The position numbers and the translations under genes are program-made. This document shows, piece after piece, positions 18,998 to 28,624 of a stretch of 64,000 nt of DNA; the first letter of the stretch is position 1, and every line of letters starts with the position of its first letter. The stretch spans positions 19,236 through 83,235 of the forward strand of contig JBASGW010000059.1 in NCBI GenBank assembly GCA_049653745.1, in the 5' to 3' direction. Under the pieces are notes generated by a model. It did no database searches, was not told where the DNA came from, and was given only the letters and a program-made list of their open reading frames with translations. The stretch is from Rickettsiales bacterium (GTDB lineage: Bacteria; Pseudomonadota; Alphaproteobacteria; Rickettsiales; CANDYO01).

Positions 18998-19029
18998 GCC
19001 TCAGAGATATTTTTTCTGGGGCTTTTTTT
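18998..19029 (+). terminator. Rho-independent terminator after rpsU
   Basis: GCCTCAGA-gatatttttt-TCTGGGGC followed by TTTTTTT. Confidence 0.75.
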
Positions 19030-19054
19030 AATTTTCTAATAATAAAAATCACTA

Positions 19055-22000
19055 ATGTTAAAAAAAATAATTAATTCAAGAAGTAATTTTGATCTATTTC
19101 CTGTGCTTCCTAGTAGCTATGGGTTGGTCTTGAATGAACTTGCTAAAAATTCTAATAAAATATTATTTATTTGTAATGGTGATGCAGATCTTGAGTTGAT
19201 CACTAAGCAAATTAATTTTTTTAATTCGGAATTAAATATAGTAACTTTACCAAGTTGGGATTGCTCTAATTACGAAAAAATATCTCCTAATATTAGTAAT
19301 TTAAATGAAAGAATTAATTCTTTAAATAGCTTGAGTAACTTTGGCTCTAAAAATCTAATTCTTGTAACTACAATTAATTCATTAATTCAGCTATTACCTC
19401 CTAAAGATTTATTTTTAACTCATGCAAAAATAATTAAGGTAGGAGATTTAGTTGAGAGAGAAGAGCTTTTATTATCCCTTATTAGTTTAAGTTTTCGTAG
19501 AGTTGAGGTTGCTAGTGAACCTGGTGACTTTGCAGTTAGAGGAAGCATAATAGATATTATTGCTAAAGAAAACGAGGGTTGGCGTTTAGATTTTTTTGGA
19601 AATAAATTAGAAAAAATTAGAATTTTTGATCCAATGACTCAAATATCCAGCAATGTTATTGAAGAAATAAGAATATTACCATCTAGTGAGGTTATTCTAA
19701 ATCAAGAAACTATAGAATCTTTTTGTTATAATTTTCAGCATAGCTTTGGTAGTGCAGCTACCGAACATCCTATGTATGAAGCTATTAAAAATGGAAGAAA
19801 ATATCCAGGGATGGAGCATTACCTACCATTATTTTATAAAGAATTAAGTAGTATATTTGATTATTTTGTTCCAGATTTAATTTTATTTGATAGTAACTGG
19901 GAGAAAGAGTTTTACCTTAAGCTCCAAAACATCCAAGAACATTATAAAATTAGAAAAGAATTATTGCTAAATAGATTTCAAGATGAAGTAATTTATTACC
20001 CTATAAGCCCTGAAAAATTATGGTTAGACCAAGAATCAATAATCAATAAATTAGAGCGTTATCAACAAATTAAATGCCATAGCTTTGATATAGATAGCGC
20101 TAATGGAGTTGATTTAAAATTAAAAAGCATTGATAATTTTGATTTAATATCGCGCTCTAAAAAAGTTTCAGCTTTTGACTTATTAAAAGAATATAGAGAT
20201 AAGGCCAAAAAGAAAATTATCATTGCATGCAATAGTGAAGGCTCATTGCAACGAATTAAGTCTATATTAGAAAATTATAATATTCATTGGTACCACTTAA
20301 AAAACTTTTCTGAATATAAAAATTTATCAATCAAAACAATTGGGGTTACTATCCTAAACCTTGAAGCTGGTTATAGCTATGAAGATTTTGCGATAATTAG
20401 TGAGCAAGACCTTTTGGGTAAAAAAATAGCTAGAAAAAGCAGTAGCAAAGATTTAGATCATCTAATGGCTGAGATTAATAATCTACAAATTGGTGAATAT
20501 ATAGTTCATAAAAATCATGGAATTGGTTTATTTTCTGGTTTGGAAGCAATAAAAGCTGCCGGAATGAATCATGATTGCCTAAAAATCATTTATGATAATG
20601 ATGATATATTATATCTGCCGGTAGAAAATTTTGATCTATTATCTCGTTATGGATCGAGTGAAGATCATGTTCGTCTTGATAAATTAGGTGGACATTCTTG
20701 GCAATCTAGAAAAGCAAAGTTAAAAGAAAAACTAAAAGAGATTGCCGCTGAATTGGTAAAGACTGCAGCACTTAGAGCAAGTAGAGAAGGTGAGAGCTTG
20801 GTTGCTGTATCAAGTATTTATGAAGAATTTTGTGCTAAGTTCCAATACTTAGAAACGGATGATCAACTTAGGTCAATTAGAGATGTAGAGCAGGATTTAT
20901 CATCTGGAAGACCTATGGACAGATTGATTTGTGGAGATGTTGGGTTTGGCAAAACAGAAGTGGCAATGCGCGCTGCCTTTATTGCTACGAATGCAGAAAA
21001 TAATGTTAAGAAACAGGTAGCTATAGTTGTTCCTACCACTCTTTTAGCTAGGCAGCATTACCATAGTTTCTTTAAGCGTTTTTCAGGATTTCCTATCCAG
21101 GTAAAGCAATTATCTAGGTTGGTTAGCTCAGGAGAGAGTAAGCTAGTAAAGCAAGGCTTAAAGGATGGCACGGTTGATATTATTATAGGAACACATGCTT
21201 TATTTGCCAAAGATATAGAATTTAAAAATTTAGGATTACTAATTATTGATGAAGAACAGCGCTTTGGTGTTTTACAAAAAGAAAAATTAAAGAAATTGCA
21301 GGAACAAGTACATATTCTAACTTTGTCTGCAACCCCAATTCCTAGAACTTTACAAATGTCACTTACTGGGATTAAAGATTTGAGCATTATTGCTTCTCCT
21401 CCCATTGACCGTCAGGTGGTGAAAACTTATATAATGAATTATGATTCTATTATAATTCGTGAAGCCATTATGAGAGAGCTTTATCGAGGGGGGCAAATAT
21501 TTTATGTTTGTCCAAGAATTAGTGATTTAAACGAATTATTGCCTAAATTAAAAGAATTAGTACCAGAAATTAAGATTGTTATAGCTCATGGACAAATGAG
21601 TCCAGTTGAATTAGAGCAAATAATGAGTGATTTTTATAATAAAAAATTTCACCTCCTGTTATCAACCACAATAATTGAGTCTGGAATAGATATAGCAGAA
21701 GCAAATACTATTTTTATTCATAGGGCAGATAAATTTGGTTTATCGGCATTATATCAATTAAGGGGTAGGGTTGGCAGAAGTAATGTTAAAGCTTTTGCTT
21801 ATCTTTTGTTACCCAATAAGCAGTTAACAAAATTATCAAGCACTCGTTTAGAGGTGATGCAAACTTTAGATACTCTTGGTGCTGGATTTACGGTTGCTAG
21901 CCATGATATGGATATTCGGGGGTTTGGAAACTTAGTGGGTGATGAACAATCTGGCCATGTGAAGGAAGTTGGTCTTGAGTTATATCAAGAAATGTTACAA

Positions 22001-22495
22001 GAAGCTATTTCAACTCTAAAAGAAAATAAAGCTAATCAAACTCAAGAAGAATATAGTCCTCAAATTAATTTAAATTTACCAGTGCTGCTTCCAGAAAGCT
22101 ACATTACTGACCTTAATTTGAGGTTAAGTATATACCGTAATTTAGCTAATTTAAAAACTGTAGCTGAAGTGGATAGTTTTGCTGTTGAATTGGTAGATAG
22201 ATTTGGAGTTTATCCAATTGAAGTTGATTATTTATTGGCAACAATAAAATTAAAAATACAGGCTAAAAAGATTAATATTGATAAAATAGATGCCGGACCA
22301 AAGGCTATAACTTTAGGTTTTAAAGATAATAATTGCTTATATCCAGAGCAAACGATGGAATTTATCAGCAAAAATCAATTAGTTATGAAATTAAGAGCTG
22401 ACCATAAAATTCTTATTAGCAAGGAATTCAAGCAAGCTAAAGAAAAGATTTTATATATTTCTCAAATACTAGATAAGTTAAATTTTCTTTCATAA
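19055..22495 (+). CDS. mfd: Transcription-repair coupling factor
   Basis: 1146 aa. Walker A GDVGFGKTEVAMRAAF, DEEQRFGV, a helicase C domain (LRGRVGRS) and the CarD-like segment IGEYIVHKNHGIG. Confidence 0.95.
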   Translation: MLKKIINSRSNFDLFPVLPSSYGLVLNELAKNSNKILFICNGDADLELITKQINFFNSELNIVTLPSWDCSNYEKISPNISNLNERINSLNSLSNFGSKNLILVTTINSLIQLLPPKDLFLTHAKIIKVGDLVEREELLLSLISLSFRRVEVASEPGDFAVRGSIIDIIAKENEGWRLDFFGNKLEKIRIFDPMTQISSNVIEEIRILPSSEVILNQETIESFCYNFQHSFGSAATEHPMYEAIKNGRKYPGMEHYLPLFYKELSSIFDYFVPDLILFDSNWEKEFYLKLQNIQEHYKIRKELLLNRFQDEVIYYPISPEKLWLDQESIINKLERYQQIKCHSFDIDSANGVDLKLKSIDNFDLISRSKKVSAFDLLKEYRDKAKKKIIIACNSEGSLQRIKSILENYNIHWYHLKNFSEYKNLSIKTIGVTILNLEAGYSYEDFAIISEQDLLGKKIARKSSSKDLDHLMAEINNLQIGEYIVHKNHGIGLFSGLEAIKAAGMNHDCLKIIYDNDDILYLPVENFDLLSRYGSSEDHVRLDKLGGHSWQSRKAKLKEKLKEIAAELVKTAALRASREGESLVAVSSIYEEFCAKFQYLETDDQLRSIRDVEQDLSSGRPMDRLICGDVGFGKTEVAMRAAFIATNAENNVKKQVAIVVPTTLLARQHYHSFFKRFSGFPIQVKQLSRLVSSGESKLVKQGLKDGTVDIIIGTHALFAKDIEFKNLGLLIIDEEQRFGVLQKEKLKKLQEQVHILTLSATPIPRTLQMSLTGIKDLSIIASPPIDRQVVKTYIMNYDSIIIREAIMRELYRGGQIFYVCPRISDLNELLPKLKELVPEIKIVIAHGQMSPVELEQIMSDFYNKKFHLLLSTTIIESGIDIAEANTIFIHRADKFGLSALYQLRGRVGRSNVKAFAYLLLPNKQLTKLSSTRLEVMQTLDTLGAGFTVASHDMDIRGFGNLVGDEQSGHVKEVGLELYQEMLQEAISTLKENKANQTQEEYSPQINLNLPVLLPESYITDLNLRLSIYRNLANLKTVAEVDSFAVELVDRFGVYPIEVDYLLATIKLKIQAKKINIDKIDAGPKAITLGFKDNNCLYPEQTMEFISKNQLVMKLRADHKILISKEFKQAKEKILYISQILDKLNFLS

Positions 22496-22551
22496 TTCTT
22501 ATAACAAGCTATTAGGCAAAATATTGAATTATTTTAAAGAGATTTTAGTTC

Positions 22552-23163
22552 CTATTTTCTACCTATATTGATTTTTTGTGAAGATTTATTAGCGCTATTA
22601 TTCTCTAATAAGACCTTGTTATCTTTATCTGATGATTTAGACTCTGTGTTTGATAATGTTTTTCCTGCGTTCTTTAAATCTGTAGCTTCCGCAGGTGATA
22701 TCTTTGTACTTATTTCATTAAAATCTAGGTATTCTTGAGCTCTTTGTAACTTTCCCATCTCTGCTAGCTTCTCTGGAGTTAATTTCATTAGCTCATTAAT
22801 TTGGTGAGTAGTTGTATTCAATAACGACTCAATTGACTCAGAATTTGAATTATTGTCTTTTACTTTGTTGATATCAGTGGATTTAACTTTTGAATTAGAT
22901 TTTTGAGAAACCTTTTCCTCTGGATCTTTAGTTCCAGTTCTTGTAAAAAATTCTACAATTTTTTTAAATGCTATAGTCGCCAGCGGTATCTGCTTATTAA
23001 TTTTTCCTAGGCTGATATCATTATTTATTGGGTTTTGGATATCATCTATAGTGTCTTTTTTGGGCTGGGAAATAAGTGAATTCTTAGCTATTTGAGTTAT
23101 AGTCGACTTTATTGGAATTACCTCTGTGTCACCATTTTGATTTTTTTTTACAACTGTTGGCAT
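22552..23163 (-). CDS. Hypothetical low-complexity (K/S/N-rich) protein
   Basis: 203-aa ORF with no signal peptide and a basic C-terminus (KSSQKINIGRK). No family recognised. Confidence 0.45.
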   Translation of the reverse strand: MPTVVKKNQNGDTEVIPIKSTITQIAKNSLISQPKKDTIDDIQNPINNDISLGKINKQIPLATIAFKKIVEFFTRTGTKDPEEKVSQKSNSKVKSTDINKVKDNNSNSESIESLLNTTTHQINELMKLTPEKLAEMGKLQRAQEYLDFNEISTKISPAEATDLKNAGKTLSNTESKSSDKDNKVLLENNSANKSSQKINIGRK

Positions 23164-23276
23164 TATGTGTATCCTATGTTTTATTATTTTATATAGATTA
23201 CATTCTATAAATTAATAAAAAGTTAATAAAATTATTTATCTAGTGTATTGTATGATAAGTAAGAGAGTATAATAAA

Positions 23277-24113
23277 TTAGAGTTTAATTGCTTGAATAGC
23301 TTTAGGGGTTGTATCGTATCTAGTGCTAATAACTTCTAATTCTTTGCTTCCTGAATTGATGGTGTTGTTTACTACTATATCCATATAGAAAACGGCATTT
23401 TTAGCAGCTAAAAGAGCGTTGTTAGTGGCAAGATAAGTGCCTAAAAAAATTGCAGAAAATAAATCACCTGTTCCATTAATTGGTTTAGAAAATTTACATT
23501 CTTTAGTATTTACAATATATGGATCTTTGTTATCAGAGATGAAAATACTCAAATCATCAAAAGATCTTCCCAAGCCTTTAATTCCAGTTACCACCACTAT
23601 TGCAATGCCTAAGTTATGAAAATAATTTGCAACCGCTTTAAGGGAGTTAGTGTCAATAATTTTAATGCCTGAAAGAAGTTCGGCCTCAAATTGATTGGGA
23701 GTTATTATATCGGCCACTAAACTAGTTTTAAAAAACTCTAACACTTCTGGTTTTACAAAACAGTTGGTGTTTCCAATAACTGGATCGCATAAGTATATAA
23801 TTTTATTATTATTAGCCTTAAATCTTGTAACAGTTTCAGTAACTTCAAGACAAGTATCTTTGCTGCCCATGTATCCAGAAAGTATGGCCTGGCATTTATC
23901 AACAGCTCCAATGGCTTCAATGCCATTAATAATATTCTTAATATGTTCTCTTGAGAAAACTTCTCCGCGCCACTGAGGATATCCGGTATGGCAAGAAAAT
24001 TGAACTGTATTTACTGGCCAAACATCAAACCCCATCGATTGCAGAGGATACACAGCAGCCTTGTTACCAACATAACCATATACGACATGAGATTGAATAG
24101 AAAGTATAGACAT
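23277..24113 (-). CDS. pdxY: Pyridoxal/pyridoxamine kinase
   Basis: ILSIQSHVVYGYVGNKAAVYPLQSMGFDVWPVNTVQFSCHTGY and the ribokinase-fold C-terminus GTGDLFSA. Confidence 0.9.
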   Translation of the reverse strand: MSILSIQSHVVYGYVGNKAAVYPLQSMGFDVWPVNTVQFSCHTGYPQWRGEVFSREHIKNIINGIEAIGAVDKCQAILSGYMGSKDTCLEVTETVTRFKANNNKIIYLCDPVIGNTNCFVKPEVLEFFKTSLVADIITPNQFEAELLSGIKIIDTNSLKAVANYFHNLGIAIVVVTGIKGLGRSFDDLSIFISDNKDPYIVNTKECKFSKPINGTGDLFSAIFLGTYLATNNALLAAKNAVFYMDIVVNNTINSGSKELEVISTRYDTTPKAIQAIKL

Positions 24114-24247
24114 TAGATAGAGCCAAGATTATAGCTAAATATTTTAAATAAAATAGCTGAGCGTTATTAGCTTGTCAATATTGATTTAAGTAAGCAATTA
24201 GTATAGTATTTGCAAGATAATTTATTAAAATAATCAATAAAATTTAT

Positions 24248-25381
24248 ATGCAAATACTTCTACAAGAAATTAGTAAAAATTATAAGGATTGTCAGGCCTT
24301 AAGTGATGTGTCTCTTGATATTCAAAAAGGGGAGTTGATTGCTCTTGTTGGGCCATCTGGATCAGGAAAGACTACATTACTTAAAATTATTGCTGGTCTT
24401 GAAAATCCTACCAAAGGCGAGATTTATATAAATAATAAAAAAGTTACTAATTTATCTCCTAAAGATCGTAATATTGGATTCGTCTTTCAACATTATGCTT
24501 TATTTAAGCATATGAACGTATATGAAAATATTGCCTTTCCCTATAAAGTTCAACCAAAAAAGAATAGACTAACTGAAGATGCTATTAGAATAAGAGTTAA
24601 GGAATTAGCTAAATTAGTTCAAATAGAAAATTTATTAGATCGTTATTCTCATGAATTATCTGGCGGGCAGCGCCAAAGAGTTGCTTTAGCTAGGGCATTA
24701 GCCGTTGAGCCGGAAATATTGCTATTAGACGAGCCATTTGCGGCTTTAGATGCTAAATTAAAATTAGAACTAAGAAGATGGTTACGTAAATTACAACAAA
24801 AGAACAATATCACTATTATTTTAGTTACACATGATCAAGAAGAGGCTTTGGATTTAGCCGATAGGGTTCTTATTTTAAATGCTGGAGCAGTGGAGCAGGT
24901 GGGTACTCCTGAAGGGGTCTATCACTCTCCTAATAATTCTTTTGTTTATAATTTTTTGGGTCATTATAATATATTTAAGGCTATAAAAGATTCACAAGGG
25001 CAAATTTCTATTTTAAATCAAACGGTTAGAGACATAGTAAAAGACAAAAAATGGTATAATAGGCATAAAATTGTATCTACCATTGCCAAGCTTTTAACCT
25101 CTAATCTTATTAAAGAAAAAGATGTTATTGAAGAATATTTTGAAGTATTTGTTAGGCCTCATGATATAGAAATTAGTATTAAGCCATTTGATGATGGATA
25201 TATAATTGCCAAAGTTGTTCATATTAACTTGGCCGCTCCCATTGTTAAATTAGAACTTGAATCGGTTGAGTATGAATTAATTCAGGCAGAAATTCCTCAT
25301 GAAGATTTTAAAAAACTTCAAATAGAAAAAAATACCCAAGTATATATAAAACCAAGACAAGTTACTATGTTTTCTGAGTGA
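24248..25381 (+). CDS. cysA: Sulfate/thiosulfate ABC transporter ATP-binding protein
   Basis: GPSGSGKTTLLKIIAGLE, VGFVFQHYALFKHM, LSGGQRQRVALARALAVEPEILLLDEPF and VTHDQEEA are closely CysA-like along the whole ATPase domain. The C-terminal regulatory domain is present. Confidence 0.85.
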   Translation: MQILLQEISKNYKDCQALSDVSLDIQKGELIALVGPSGSGKTTLLKIIAGLENPTKGEIYINNKKVTNLSPKDRNIGFVFQHYALFKHMNVYENIAFPYKVQPKKNRLTEDAIRIRVKELAKLVQIENLLDRYSHELSGGQRQRVALARALAVEPEILLLDEPFAALDAKLKLELRRWLRKLQQKNNITIILVTHDQEEALDLADRVLILNAGAVEQVGTPEGVYHSPNNSFVYNFLGHYNIFKAIKDSQGQISILNQTVRDIVKDKKWYNRHKIVSTIAKLLTSNLIKEKDVIEEYFEVFVRPHDIEISIKPFDDGYIIAKVVHINLAAPIVKLELESVEYELIQAEIPHEDFKKLQIEKNTQVYIKPRQVTMFSE

Positions 25382-25606
25382 TGTTTTTATTTGAAAATGT
25401 GTAATTTTACTTCTATATGGAAATATTTAGTAAATTTTATCACAAAAATAAGCTTTTAGTAAAAATTCTATTTGATTTTTATTTAAAAATACTACACTTA
25501 TAAGATAGAAGATATAATTGGATAAAACCAAAAATATCTTTTGTTTGATTTGAGCACCTATTAAGGTAAAGTTCAATTTATTAATAAACTTTTTGGAGAC
25601 TTTTAA

Positions 25607-25747
25607 ATGAAAAATATCGTAAGCATTCTTTCTGTATTAGCAGTATTAGCATGTTCAGCTGTAAGTTTTGCTGCTGAAGAAGCAGTTGCACCAGCTGCTA
25701 CAACTGAAGCACCTGCTGCTGAAGCTACACCAGCTGCTGCTCAATAG
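25607..25747 (+). CDS. Small (46 aa) secreted or lipidated Ala/Pro/Glu-rich peptide
   Basis: Not in the track (under 60 aa). MKNIVSILSVLAVLACSAVSFAAEEAVAPAATTEAPAAEATPAAAQ. SD GGAG lies 8 nt upstream and the gene has its own terminator. Signal peptide with either an SFA|AEE cleavage site or a VLAC lipobox-like site. Locally GC-rich. Confidence 0.6.
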   Translation: MKNIVSILSVLAVLACSAVSFAAEEAVAPAATTEAPAAEATPAAAQ

Positions 25748-25770
25748 TTTATTAACTATTTACAGTATTA

Positions 25771-25805
25771 AAAACGCGATGCTTATTGGTGTCGCGTTTT
25801 TTTTA
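25771..25805 (+). terminator. Rho-independent terminator
   Basis: AAAACGCGA-tgcttattggtg-TCGCGTTTT followed by a T-run. Confidence 0.8.
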
Positions 25806-25832
25806 TATTGAACTCTGCTTAAGGAAAATATA

Positions 25833-26321
25833 ATGGAATCAAGTATTATAAAAATTCCTCAAATAAAATTAATTGGTTTAAAAGTTTATACCAGTAACCA
25901 AGACGAATTTAATCCAGATAAAGCTCAAATAGGACGTACCATCCAAGAATATTGCCAAAAATATTTAAATCAAAACTCTAATATCATTAATAATAGTAAG
26001 TTATATTCAGTTTATTTTGAATATGAATCCAATCACAAGGGAAAATATAGTTATTTAATAGGGCAAGAGGTGGAAGAATTTTTAGACCTGCCTGAAGAAT
26101 TAACTGCTTATATTATTCCATCTCAAACCTATAAAATTTTTGAAACTAACACAGGTATTATGCCTCATGTGGTTATTGATGCGTGGAAAGAAATTTGGTC
26201 TATGGAAGATAATTTAACTATAGGTTGTGATAGATCATATATAGCTGATTTTGAAGCTTATGACCTAAACCAGAAAGATCCATTAAATATGAATGCAGAA
26301 ATTTATATAGGTATAAAATAA
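25833..26321 (+). CDS. GyrI-like / AraC-effector-binding-domain small-molecule-binding protein
   Basis: 162 aa. IPQIKLIGLKVYTSN...I...W and the C-terminal EAYD...AEIYIGIK are typical of the GyrI-like/SOUL fold. Confidence 0.6.
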   Translation: MESSIIKIPQIKLIGLKVYTSNQDEFNPDKAQIGRTIQEYCQKYLNQNSNIINNSKLYSVYFEYESNHKGKYSYLIGQEVEEFLDLPEELTAYIIPSQTYKIFETNTGIMPHVVIDAWKEIWSMEDNLTIGCDRSYIADFEAYDLNQKDPLNMNAEIYIGIK

Positions 26322-26415
26322 CTGTTACTTAACTTGTTGTTCATTTAGTAAAATCCATGATTGCATCAAAAAATAGATTTTGATACACAGCTTTCATATA
26401 CTATAGGATTATTTT

Positions 26416-27207
26416 TTACTCTAAAAATTTAGAAATTTGATTAAAGAATTTCTTCCCTTCATCATAAGATAGCTCTGAAATTATTTCTGCTTGTTTTTGG
26501 GTAACTTGAAAATGATGCCAATCTATTGGGTCATCCCATCTTCCTCCCCAAACAGTAAATCCATATTTTGTAAAAATATCTACAACCGTTTCTTTGCTTT
26601 CTTCAGATAATACGCTTTCTACCATTCCATTTCTAATATTTTGGCGATTTATATATTCCATTCCTTGGGGAGGGAAGGTTGGAATATTTAATTTACCCAT
26701 TTCATAATGAGTGGATAAAAAAGGATTCTGTTGTGGATTAATATCTATAGCAAGGCCGTAGGCATGAATAGAAAGCTTGTTATTTAGAGTCTTACGGCAG
26801 TTAAATGCAGAGCTATTGTTGTTTTCCATAGATTTTTCATCATTGCCATCAAACTCATTAATTAATCTAATGCTAGCAATAGGAAATTTACTTTCATATA
26901 ATATTTTAAAAATTTCTAAAACATGATCAGCAACCACATCATGAACAACAAGTTCACCATCATGGTTCTCTTTGCCATCAAAATCTATATATGAGATGTA
27001 AAGAAGATTAAGTCTTTCAATGGCTACTGGGCATTGATTTGACCAAATATTTTTTTTGATCATTTCTTCTTTTAAGGCTTTGCTAATAGAGTGTTTTGAA
27101 AAAGATTTCATAGGATTTGTAATTTTATTAATAGAATTATATACTGTAAAAACTACAAAAAAACCTATAAAGAAGCAAGTAATTAAAGCTATAACATTTT
27201 TTCTCAT
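26416..27207 (-). CDS. M15-family peptidoglycan peptidase (VanY / D-Ala-D-Ala carboxypeptidase-like), membrane anchored
   Basis: N-terminal TM. SIHAYGLAIDINP (H-x6-D zinc motif) and GFTVWGGRWDDPIDWHHFQ (terminal His). Confidence 0.75.
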   Translation of the reverse strand: MRKNVIALITCFFIGFFVVFTVYNSINKITNPMKSFSKHSISKALKEEMIKKNIWSNQCPVAIERLNLLYISYIDFDGKENHDGELVVHDVVADHVLEIFKILYESKFPIASIRLINEFDGNDEKSMENNNSSAFNCRKTLNNKLSIHAYGLAIDINPQQNPFLSTHYEMGKLNIPTFPPQGMEYINRQNIRNGMVESVLSEESKETVVDIFTKYGFTVWGGRWDDPIDWHHFQVTQKQAEIISELSYDEGKKFFNQISKFLE

Positions 27208-27824
27208 TTTTTATTTTTTTCTACACTAATAACTAAAGTATTAGAAATTTTATCATGCCAAGATTGCTTTTTTTTATCAAAAACAATCCAGAAAACTCCT
27301 AAAAATAATGGTGCAACTGATAAAATAATACTAAATAAGCGAATTATACATTGTTTAGTTGAGGGGTTACCTAATGAAGTTGCATCTACTATTTTCATAG
27401 ATAACATCATAGATCCTGGAGTGGCTTGTTTTTTTATCCAAAAAACCACCAATAATATTCCTAAGGTTATAATTTGCAGTAATTGTTCTAAAAACATTTT
27501 TATAAATCCATGATTAATATAAAAATAATCATTTAATTCTTTATTCTCACGAACATAGGTTAGGAAGTCTATATTTTTTCCTGTTTCTTGTTTTATAGCT
27601 GAAACATCTTGAATAGCTTGATTAATTAATTCTTGAGGAAAAACATTCCCATAAATTAAATATCCGATAATAGAAAATAATGGTAAAAATAAAATACTAA
27701 CTATAGTGCAGTCTATCAAAGTGGCGATCATTCTTTTCTGAAAACCAGGATAAACACTTGGTTCAAAAAAACTGTCTTTAATCTTTTTAGGTAATGTTAA
27801 GTCGATATTTTTTTTATTAGTCAT
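27204..27824 (-). CDS. RDD-family membrane protein
   Basis: FQKRMIATLIDCTIV..., several TM segments, and C-terminal SWHDKISNTLVI, the typical RDD pattern. Overlaps the M15 gene by 4 nt. Confidence 0.7.
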   Translation of the reverse strand: MTNKKNIDLTLPKKIKDSFFEPSVYPGFQKRMIATLIDCTIVSILFLPLFSIIGYLIYGNVFPQELINQAIQDVSAIKQETGKNIDFLTYVRENKELNDYFYINHGFIKMFLEQLLQIITLGILLVVFWIKKQATPGSMMLSMKIVDATSLGNPSTKQCIIRLFSIILSVAPLFLGVFWIVFDKKKQSWHDKISNTLVISVEKNKK

Positions 27825-27837
27825 AAATTTAACTTAT

Positions 27838-28587
27838 CTAATTATTAGTTGAGTAAGAAATTATATTGCTTTTTAAGCGCTTATTATTTTTATGCATTTT
27901 TATATTAGGCGAAACTATACCATTTTTAGTATCATTTGTTGCAAGTAAAGACAACTTTTCTTTGTTTAAAGAGTTGTAGGCTGTGCATGAAGATGTTTTT
28001 CCTGTTGTAGATGTGCAAAAATTAACGGATAAAACATTATTAATATAGTCATTATATATTTTAGTTACTTTGTCTGCATATAATTTACCAACTGCTTTTT
28101 GTGAATGATACAGAGCAATGGCCTTATTCCAATCATTAGCTAGGATATAATTCTTTTTTAGAAAAATAGCAGCATATTCAATATTTTCTTTGGGATCAAA
28201 AGCTTGATTAAGATTCAGAAAAGCTTCTGGATGGTGATGTAAGTTAATTTGCATGCATCCAATATCAATATTAGTATGGCCTTTTTCTAACATCCTTCGC
28301 ACCTCTTTAATAGCTTCATCTTTTGTATTAAAATAGTAAGACTTTCCTTCTTGGTTTACGGTCCATGGCCAAGTAAAATAAAGCTGGGCATCTTTATGCC
28401 ATCTACCAGTCTCAGCAACTGAAATTGATCTTAATAAATGCTCAGGTATGCTATGTTTTTCTTCTATGTGGGAGAAGTAATTATTACATTGGTTAGAATT
28501 ATGTAAAAAAATATATTCTTTATAATCTAGAGAATATATCAGTGGAGGATATAAAAAAAATAACGCTGCTAAAAATAATCTTACCAT
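27838..28587 (-). CDS. Soluble lytic transglycosylase (SLT-domain) protein
   Basis: Signal peptide. ISVAETGRW...WPWTVNQEGKSYYF...IDIGCMQINLHHH matches alphaproteobacterial SLT-domain proteins. Confidence 0.8.
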   Translation of the reverse strand: MVRLFLAALFFLYPPLIYSLDYKEYIFLHNSNQCNNYFSHIEEKHSIPEHLLRSISVAETGRWHKDAQLYFTWPWTVNQEGKSYYFNTKDEAIKEVRRMLEKGHTNIDIGCMQINLHHHPEAFLNLNQAFDPKENIEYAAIFLKKNYILANDWNKAIALYHSQKAVGKLYADKVTKIYNDYINNVLSVNFCTSTTGKTSSCTAYNSLNKEKLSLLATNDTKNGIVSPNIKMHKNNKRLKSNIISYSTNN

Positions 28588-28624
28588 TTTTGTATCTTAA
28601 AAATTTAGAATGTTATTTTAATAT

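Noticed and set aside
21058-21405. A 115-aa minus-strand ORF inside mfd.
   Set aside because: It is antisense to the conserved helicase core of Mfd.
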